From assembly GCF_001194135.2 (NCBI RefSeq), contig NC_068981.1, positions 45,416,069-45,448,269 on the forward strand: a stretch of DNA of 32,201 nucleotides, given 5' to 3'. Numbering within the stretch: the stretch's first letter is position 1; every line of letters begins with the position of its first letter. Positions 23,285 to 32,201 of the stretch are shown here, piece after piece. This DNA comes from Octopus bimaculoides (taxonomy: Eukaryota). A model generated the notes under the pieces. It ran no database searches. It saw only the letters and a list, made by a program, of their open reading frames with translations, and was not told where the DNA came from. Both the position numbers and the translations under genes were made by a program.

Positions 23285-23590
23285 CGTTCGGTTAAGTCCT
23301 ATTTGGAGCGAAAAATCAATGAACTGATTCCTTATGGGGTATTCCATGCAATCAGGATGAAAAATCGATACATTGATTCCTTATAGGATTTCCCACTAAA
23401 AATGGCTACACCCCATTTTCAACTATAATTTTATCGATTTTTACGTATTTTGTTCAAAATTTATACCGGTGTTACTTAGGAATCATCGGGTATTTGAATG
23501 CTTTAAGCTCTCCTCCTCCCCCCACAAAAAAAAGCAATCGATGAGTGGAAAAATCAATAAACCGTTTCATTGTGGGATTTCCCATTCAAG
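23285..23590. repeat. Unclassified DNA-transposon-like segment with three dispersed ~35 bp subrepeats
   Basis: AAAAATCRAT...TT.T.GG.T.TTCC.A recurs near 23311, 23360 and 23548. Confidence 0.35.
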
Positions 23591-24094
23591 TTGTCTGCAA
23601 ACCATTTTCAACCGAATGTCTACCAATTTCCACCGATTTCGCCAAAATTTCACGTCGGTGTTAATTTGGTTTGAAACACATCGCTTCATTAGCTTAATAA
23701 TCTTAACTTTATCCCGGGCAACGAAGGGCTATACTGCTAGTGGCACATAATCTCGTTTCTCAAGTAATAAACAATTTTTATTTAGTCAATCATTTATGTT
23801 TTGATATTTGAATCTAATACTCTGAATATATTATAGAAATTGATATATCACATCCAACAATGAGCTTTAAAGTTTCTAGTTTTATTATTGTATTTCCACC
23901 GCCAATATTTTACAAATTTTAGCTTATATTGTGGCAGTTAGAATACAAGTGACTAATAAAATAAGTGCATCGTGCTGACATCAACCGCTCACCTTCTCAG
24001 GAAGTTGCTCCCCATCTAATATATACGTGCGTTAGGTGTCTGGTTGAAACGTGGCCGGAAGATGAAATAAAATAGAAATAAAACAAAAAGTGAG

Positions 24095-24131
24095 AACAAC
24101 AACAACGATAATAATAATAATATTAGTAATG

Positions 24132-24176
<45 letters not shown>

Positions 24177-24255
24177 TTAGTAATAATAATAATAAAATAA
24201 TAAGGATAATGATGGTGATGATGATGATGATGATGGTAATAATAATAATAATAAT

Positions 24256-24330
<75 letters not shown>

Positions 24331-24338
24331 TAATAATA
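24095..24338. repeat. Compound (AAC)n/(AAT)n/(GAT)n trinucleotide microsatellite
   Basis: Direct tandem runs; explains the poly-Y/I/H/L ORFs. Confidence 0.97.
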
Positions 24339-27085
24339 GCTAAATGGATTAGATAATTGTAACATAAAAAACGTAAATACGACAATGCCAGATATTAAAA
24401 TGTTGCGATTAAAGAGAAATACATAGGAAATTAATACCAACGATACACAAGAATATACTATTCATATAATGCTTACTGTATTAGTTGAAGATAAATATAT
24501 TCAAATGAGATTTTGCAAAATCGCCACGAATAGATTGTACTAGTAATATATATTTTGATTACCGACGCCTACATGCGAATCTGGGTAATATTAGTTATTA
24601 CACTGACAACATCTGATCAATCAAAAATCGATTATCATTGATTTATACTATGCACCTAACTTTTCCAATACGACACATCCAGTAATGTTTTACGCGTATC
24701 AGTTCTAGAAAAGATTGATTTTCTAAACTGGCCATCTGTAGCGAGGTGTATGTGACTGCGTACGAGGGAGATAATATACCCAAGGTAGAATAAACACTGT
24801 ATGGATTAGTAATGAGCTTCTAGTAATATACAATCTAGCTTATGTGCATATATAAACGAAAACATATACTCTTATATTTGCTTGCATGTTTATGTGTCTG
24901 TGAGAGAAAGTATATATGGATTTGTGCGAGAATGTGTGTGTGCTTATGTAGAATCATTGTGGCAAACAAGGAAATGCAGCTCACAGGAAGTGAAGTGCTC
25001 TTGAGTTGATTGACCTTGCTGGAAAGCTTCCAAAGGAAGCTGATGTGGCCTAAGTACTTAGTAGCCTAATGTGGCCTAAGCACCAATGTAACCTAAGTTC
25101 CCTGCGGTAATATATCAACCATTATATGCATGTGTATGTGAACAGTTTTTTTATATATAGAAGTATGTGTGAATGCGCTCTAGTATGAGTACGAGGGAGT
25201 ATGTGGTTGCGTTGAGTATATACTAAGTCTTGATTTTTCGCTGGTTCTGAATTAATTTTTTCTCTAATTTCTTACCACACGTAAACTTTACACGTACGCA
25301 CCTGAAAAACTCACAACTATCATCTTACTTTCATAGTAGTTTATTTGAATGCACATCTACTGAAAGAGAACGAAAAGCATTTCAAGGTAATATTTGTATA
25401 TTATTAGAGAAATTATTCTGATTAATCACCGAAACAAATACGTTTTTAAACTACACCGAAAATCAATACCGACACATATATACACGCACATACAGACACA
25501 CTGTCACACACACACGCGCACACACACACACACGTACTCTCACACACATATATATTCGGTTGAGGGTATTTTCTTTGCATGCATTGGAGAAAGACAGGAA
25601 AAACAGTTACAAAGAATGCTTTTGTTGAGATTGGCTCGACTGAACCAATTAAATAATTTTTTCTCACGCTATATCCGGAAATAATATATTTTTTTTTAAT
25701 ATTGCTTCTAACAGATTTATAGTAGCACTGCTCTACTAACCAGAATCAAATGAATACATCTAAAAAAAAAAAAGTTATTCAGAAAATAGCATCTGGTTAT
25801 TATTATCTTAGAAGTTATTGCAGACGAAATAAAGAAATGTTTGTGTCGGAGTTATTTACTTTGTTTTTGCTTTAATTGACATTACAAAATAAGACGAGAC
25901 ATAAAGTTCAATTTATCTTCTCTCTCTAAAAGGTTAGCTTTATCAGCATCATTTCCTGACACTGAATGAAGGAACAATAACAGAAAGCAATTACCGGACG
26001 TTTTCCATTTAATCTTCCTGACGTAAAAAGGGAGGAACAAATAGAGAAACAAAACGAAGGAAAGAAGGCAGAAAGAATGAGAGAAACTCACAAAAATGGT
26101 ATAATAAAAGTAATTTTCGACATGTCTGCAAAAAGTATGTGTAGACAATGTTTAAAAGACCAACATACATTTTATTGGCTTTAAACTTTATTTCATTTGT
26201 ATAATTAATCTGATTAGATTGTTAATTAAATAGCTTTATATTGGTAAATGCTTAAAAACAAAACTAAAATATCAGTATTGATTGAGTGCCAAATAATTTT
26301 CAGTATTTCTCTATATTTTTTAACTCCTGCAAGTATAAGAGGATATGACCTAGATGGCTAACTGAATCATTGGACAGTGTTAAGTTTTTTTAAGTAAAAT
26401 AGAAAATTGTTAAACAAAACACAAAGCTGGCACATATAGAGGGATTTTTGGTTATGATTTATATCACCATGAAAATATTTTCCAAATACCTGGTACGCAT
26501 ATATCTCAAATTTCTGTACTACCTCTGCACTATCTCAAGAATCTGTACTAACGTGTTGAACATTTTCAACGTCACAATTTAAATATTCAAAAATAATGTA
26601 ATGATAAATATAAAGTTTTATCAGAATATCTTGGTTTGCTCTTTCATTACATGTGGCATAAGAGGAAAAATGTCTATTAACATAGTCTCATTATACACAA
26701 ACAATCACACACATACAGACACACGCAAAATTATACGTATAATCACACACACACATGCATATATATATATGTATATATATATATACTTTCCCTCCCAGAC
26801 GTCATCTGTGTTCTTTACTTAATTTTAGCATCACTCCACCCATACCTTTTCTGTACCCATCCCTTAATACAATCCAATCATATCACACCTACCCAAAAAT
26901 AGATAGGTTAGAGAAAATAACCTATAGTAGCATCATAGCATAATATTTTTTAAATATGTATAAAACCGTGAAAAGCTTGTTTATTTCTGTTGTTTGATTT
27001 ATTATTAGTGTTGCTAAATATGGTTTGCTAAAATTGCTGTTTCTTTTCAGATATCATCAGAAAAAGGTAATTAAAATTAATTAAA

Positions 27086-28397
27086 ATGAGAGTTCTCTCG
27101 GTCTTCCAAAGAGGCCAAATTGTTGGTGCTCGAATGGCAGGCACTAGCGTAACGAAAATAGCCGAAATATGTGGTGTATCAAGAAGTACTGTTTCAAAAG
27201 TAATGACAGCCTTTGACAAAGAGGAAAAAATCTCCTTGCCGAAACAAAACTCCGGAAGAAAACCAAAACATTCAGAGACGGACCGTCGGATTCTTACGCG
27301 AATTGTTAGAAAGGATCACAAAATTACAGTTCCCAAATTTACTGCACCGCTTAAAGACCNNNNNNNNNNNNNNNNNNNNNNNNNNNNNNNNNNNNNNNNN
27401 NNNNNNNNNNNNNNNNNNNNNNNNNNNNNNNNNNNNNNNNNNNNNNNNNNNNNNNNNNNNNNNNNNNNNNNNNNNNNNNNNNNNNNNNNNNNNNNNNNNN
27501 NNNNNNNNNNNNNNNNNNNNNNNNNNNNNNNNNNNNNNNNNNNNNNNNNNNNNNNNNNNNNNNNNNNNNNNNNNNNNNNNNNNNNNNNNNNNNNNNNNNN
27601 NNNNNNNNNNNNNNNNNNNNNNNNNNNNNNNNNNNNNNNNNNNNNNNNNNNNNNNNNNNNNNNNNNNNNNNNNNNNNNNNNNNNNNNNNNNNNNNNNNNN
27701 NNNNNNNNNNNNNNNNNNNNNNNNNNNNNNNNNNNNNNNNNNNNNNNNNNNNNNNNNNNNNNNNNNNNNNNNNNNNNNNNNNNNNNNNNNNNNNNNNNNN
27801 NNNNNNNNNNNNNNNNNNNNNNNNNNNNNNNNNNNNNNNNNNNNNNNNNNNNNNNNNNNNNNNNNNNNNNNNNNNNNNNNNNNNNNNNNNNNNNNNNNNN
27901 NNNNNNNNNNNNNNNNNNNNNNNNAGGATCCGTGGTGATCTGGGGGAGGGGTTTATATCTTGGAAATACGCCGGCTCAATGGTTTCTCTTCAGAGCAGAA
28001 TTGATAGTCAAGACTCTTTAAGCATTGTATGTAATCAAATTTATCCTCTGGTTGCTGAACTGTTTCCGGAGGGAAACGCACTCTTTCAGGATAATAATGC
28101 ACCGACTCACACAGCTAAACTTGTTACTGAATGGCACGAAGAACATTCTAGTGAAGTTGAACAACTTATCTGGCCACCACAGCCACCAGATCTCAATATT
28201 ATTGAACATTTATGGTGCATTTTAGAAAAAAAGTAAGGAGTCGATATCATCTGCCATCATCATTACAAGAACTGGAGAATGTTTTAGCTGCAGAGTGGAT
28301 AAAAATTCCTTTGGAAACAATACAAACTTAGTACGATTCCATAACTCATAGAATTCAAGCTGTAATTACTGCCAAAGGCGGTTCTACTCCATATTAA
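27086..28397 (+). pseudogene. Tc1/mariner transposase pseudogene (paired-like HTH, GRK motif, DDE domain)
   Basis: N-terminus MRVLSVFQRGQIVGARMAG...NSGRKPK; after the gap GSVVIWG, FQDNNAPTH, WPPQPPDLNIIEHLW, KGGSTPY*. Frameshifts near 27950 and in the A7 run near 28230; premature TAG near 28328. Confidence 0.92.
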
Positions 28398-28449
28398 TAT
28401 AAATTTGCTTGAAATTTTAAGGTGTTTCCATTATTTTGTCCTACTTCTG
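27086..28449 (+). mobile_element. Tc1-like DNA transposon (probable DD36E/Incomer type); right TIR present, left end unresolved
   Basis: 28421-28449 reads CAGAAGTAGGACAAAATAATGGAAACACC on the minus strand, a Tc1-type TIR. Only a very degenerate left TIR candidate near 26900-26920. Confidence 0.75.
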
Positions 28450-28461
28450 CACAATATATAT

Positions 28462-28640
28462 ATTCTTTAATTCGTTACAGTTATTTGATGTGGTCATGCT
28501 GGAGCACCGCATTTAGTTGAGCAAATCGATCCCATGAGTTATTTTATCTGTATCTTTCGCCGAACCGCTAAGACACGGGAAGTAAACACACCAGCATGGG
28601 TTCCCAAACGCTAGCGGGTTGACAAACACACACGCACCTG
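28462..28640 (-). mobile_element. 3' half of an OR-like SINE abutting the Tc1 right end
   Basis: GGTCATGCTGGAGCACCGC...CGAACCGCTAAG..ACGGG..GTAAACAC is the reverse complement of the family 3' region seen at 4930-5050. Confidence 0.7.
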
Positions 28641-29331
28641 CGAACATTACACACACACACAGATATATATATATATATATATATANNNNNNNNNNNNNNN
28701 NNNNNNNNNNNNNNNNNNNNNNNNNNNNNNNNNNNNNNNNNNNNNNNNNNNNNNNNNNNNNNNNNNNNNNNNNNNNNNNNNNNNNNNNNNNNNNNNNNNN
28801 NNNNNNNNNNNNNNNNNNNNNNNNNNNNNNNNNNNNNNNNNNNNNNNNNNNNNNNNNNNNNNNNNNNNNNNNNNNNNNNNNNNNNNNNNNNNNNNNNNNN
28901 NNNNNNNNNNNNNNNNNNNNNNNNNNNNNNNNNNNNNNNNNNNNNNNNNNNNNNNNNNNNNNNNNNNNNNNNNNNNNNNNNNNNNNNNNNNNNNNNNNNN
29001 NNNNNNNNNNNNNNNNNNNNNNNNNNNNNNNNNNNNNNNNNNNNNNNNNNNNNNNNNNNNNNNNNNNNNNNNNNNNNNNNNNNNNNNNNNNNNNNNNNNN
29101 NNNNNNNNNNNNNNNNNNNNNNNNNNNNNNNNNNNNNNNNNNNNNNNNNNNNNNNNNNNNNNNNNNNNNNNNNNNNNNNNNNNNNNNNNNNNNNNNNNNN
29201 NNNNNNNNNNNNNNNNNNNNNNNNNNNNNNNNNNNNNNNNNNNNNNNNNNNNNNNNNNNNNNNNNNNNNNNNNNNNNNNNNNNNNNNNNNNNNNNNNNNN
29301 NNNNNNNNNNNNNNNNNNNNNNNNNNATATG

Positions 29332-29571
29332 AGTGGTGGTATGTTGTCAACTTAATGTGAGAGTCCAATGAAAGGGAATCATACTACTGCTATTTAGCCC
29401 TAGGAACCCCGCCTCCTGTCAGCCTTGACACATTTCTTGTGTCCTTATATTTACAAAGGACATAGGAAATGTATTAAGGCCGTCAGGAAGCGGAGTTTCA
29501 TAGGGTTAAATAGCTGTAGTAGGATTCCCTTTCATGGGACCGTCACATTAAGTTGACAACATACCACCACT
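29332..29571. mobile_element. Foldback MITE-like element, ~115 bp inverted arms with a ~10 nt loop
   Basis: AGTGGTGGTATGTTGTCAACTTAATGTGA at the left end is the exact reverse complement of the right end; arms roughly 85% complementary up to GTCCTT/AAGGAC. Confidence 0.85.
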
Positions 29572-29652
29572 TAATAGTGTTACTACTGTTTAAATCTCTC
29601 TGAGAGATTTAGAAATATATAATTTCTCTCTCTCTCTCTTTCTGTCTTTCAC

Positions 29653-29692
<40 letters not shown>

Positions 29693-30916
29693 TACATATA
29701 TATATCTATATATATCATCATCATCATCATTATAATTATACATATACATATGTATATGAATATAAACATTCGCACACCGCGCTCGCACACACATGCACAC
29801 GCACACATACATATATCCACGCCTGTGTATATGCTTGTGTGTTCATACGTGTCGGTGCATATATGTTTTGTTTATACATCTCTGTTGTAATTTAGAAAGT
29901 AATTTAGCAGATAAATGTTCAAGAACCGGTTTTATTTCATTATTATTATCAATGCCATTCAACTAGTTCAGTAAATATCTAATCGCATATTTGAAGAATC
30001 ATTTGATCAATCAATCAGTTGTTGGTCAGAGTCTTTTAGTCGCAGATTGCGATGAGATTGCTGACATGATCTCATCAGTTCTACTTCTGTAGCAAACATA
30101 TTTCTCAGTCTTTTACCTCAGAATATATAATTTAGAACACTTGGTCTGTACGTGTATGTGTTCTATATATAACATCATCGAAGTGCTGGTTGTAATGACG
30201 TATGCAGTATTGTCTATATGTCTAGACACATTGAACTTGTGTGTCTGTACGTGCATGAACACATACGCACATGCAAACACACACATGTACAGAGAGAGAT
30301 ATGAATTTAAATATACATGTGAATTGGAGAGTGTGTATATGAGTGTATGAGAATGTGTGATTTGTTAGACATTTTCATAGCCTTCATTCATTTTTCAATG
30401 AATGGTGGTTCAGTATTTCTTCCTCCGTTTGAAATTTTCATGTATTGGCCATTCATCCTACGTGCACAAATACATTCAAGCGTGTTTGTATGTTACGCAT
30501 ATATGTGTATACACACATATACGCGCGCACACACACAAACAGATGCATGTATATATATGCATTTCTCTCTCTCTCTCTCACTCTCTCTCGTGCTATCTCT
30601 CTATCTCTCTCTATATATATATGTGTGTGCACATGTATATATATATATATATATNNNNNNNNNNNNNNNNNNNNNNNNNNNNNNNNNNNNNNNNNNNNNN
30701 NNNNNNNNNNNNNNNNNNNNNNNNNNNNNNNNNNNNNNNNNNNNNNNNNNNNNNNNNNNNNNNNNNNNNNNNNNNNNNNNNNNNNNNNNNNNNNNNNNNN
30801 NNNNNNNNNNNNNNNNNTATATATATATATATATATATATTCAGGGTTGGTCAAAAGTCACCTGAGAGTAAATCTACACCATATAATTCCAAGATTTATT
30901 TATGTTTAACAACTGA

Positions 30917-31219
30917 ATGAATTTGATAAAGGCATCTATATGTGTGAGTATATGTGTGTATGTAAATATGTCTTTAAGTATTTATATATGTATATATTAT
31001 ACATGTATGCTATTTGGTGAGAAAACAAACATTAATTTTAAGATACATCTTGTACATTCTCTGAGATGGTTCGGCAGTGAAATGTCTGAGGTCTCGGAGG
31101 TTGCAAATCTTTCAGAATCAGACATCTTCACCCTGCCCCCAGTTGTAGTTGATCCCAACTTGTATCCTATTGGAAGCAAACTGTTTTCTTTATCCAAAGC
31201 ACTTAAAACATTCGGTTAA
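30917..31219 (+). other. Possible coding exon of unknown product, strand uncertain
   Basis: Non-repetitive, GC-richer 31035-31215 is open for >55 codons on both strands; splice sites are weak and no domain is recognised. Confidence 0.2.
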
Positions 31220-32201
31220 AATATAAAATATTTTTGTAATTGCTTGACGTAATATTTCTTTGGCAAAGAACACTTTCAACACGTCAGATGATTGTATATG
31301 TGTGTGTGTGTATGTGTGTGCGTGCGTGTGCGTGCGGGTGCGTGTGCATGTGTGTGTGTGTGGGTGTGCGTGCGTGCATGTATGTATTTTTGTATGTATG
31401 CATGTTTTATGCGTCTTACTGTTTATGGTTCTCTGTGTTGATGTATTACAATTTTTTTTGTTAATCAAGAGGCCATAGTAAATATGGCGGTTAGTTTTAC
31501 ACAACCTATTCATATGATGAAAAGTTATGCAGTTTAGAACTATATAGTCTATCGGAGCGAAGCATATATCGAAAAATATGACCGAAATACATATCAATTC
31601 AACTGCTGCAAAAGCATAAATTATTTTAGGTGTGAACTGAAATCACAAACATATATAGAATACATATCGTGTACACAGTATGATTTAAATTAATCATCCG
31701 CTTGCTGGGATAATATGCAATTCTTTTTCTTTCTTTTTTTGCTGTTTCTATTCGTGGATTTTCTGTATTACGTAACAGTTTAAGAATCAGATAACTTGCA
31801 TTCAAATACAGACGAATTGAAGTTTGATGGATTTGATTATGTACCAATTTAAAAACGTTGATTGTCCGAATTGGGAGGTGCCATATCCGGCTCTTAATAC
31901 TCTGAGTTCAGGTTTTATTTCTTGTCTTTTCTTTGCTCTCATTTTCCACATTGCTGGAAACTAGATTTTCGCGATTGGTTCAACATCTGTTAGAAGGACC
32001 CAGAAAGATTAAGCAACATTTTCATACAACTATTTTTTCAATTGTTTCAAAAACTTAAAAATATATTGGTACCTGGACAAGGAGATATAACCATACCAAA
32101 AAATATAAGCGTGGTTCCTTCTAAGTAAAACATGATGTTAATAATAGTGTGCCAAGGATGTTTTTAGTCGCGATCCAAGTTCATGATATGAAAGCAAATG
32201 G

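Noticed and set aside
24032-24440. Poly-Tyr/His/Ile/Leu ORFs
   Set aside because: Translations of an (AAT)n microsatellite.
30051-30080. GATGAGAT/ATCTCATC hairpin with minus-strand CTGATGA
   Set aside because: No downstream GAAA or stem III; an isolated 8 bp hairpin.
30842-30865. CAGGGTTGGTCAAAAGTCACC, resembling a Tc1/mariner TIR start
   Set aside because: No partner TIR or transposase found in the window.
1-32201. CRISPR arrays, rRNA, operons or prokaryotic defence systems
   Set aside because: No regular repeat-spacer arrays or rRNA-like sequence; the window is eukaryotic repeat-rich DNA.

Overview
AT-rich, microsatellite-saturated eukaryotic draft scaffold with 13 N-gaps. The repeat content resembles Octopus (inferred from remembered SINE families, not database-checked). 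No host protein-coding gene can be supported: nearly all listed ORFs are microsatellite or N-gap artefacts. The window holds tRNA-derived SINEs, a decayed Tc1/mariner transposase with probable DD36E spacing (27086-28397), a Penelope-like element (PLE) ORF remnant (22082-22364, minus), MITE-like foldbacks and a tRNA-like element. Most notable: (1) two type I hammerhead-ribozyme motifs found by manual folding (21659-21767 minus; 18699-18784 plus), sharing long stem II, a self-complementary stem III and an AUA cleavage triplet, one just downstream of the PLE remnant; (2) a ~99% identical inverted SINE pair whose target-site duplication is split between the copies, suggesting a 1.3 kb inversion; (3) a 142 bp spacerless palindrome centred on (TA)24; (4) a tRNA-like element enclosed by 12 bp inverted repeats.
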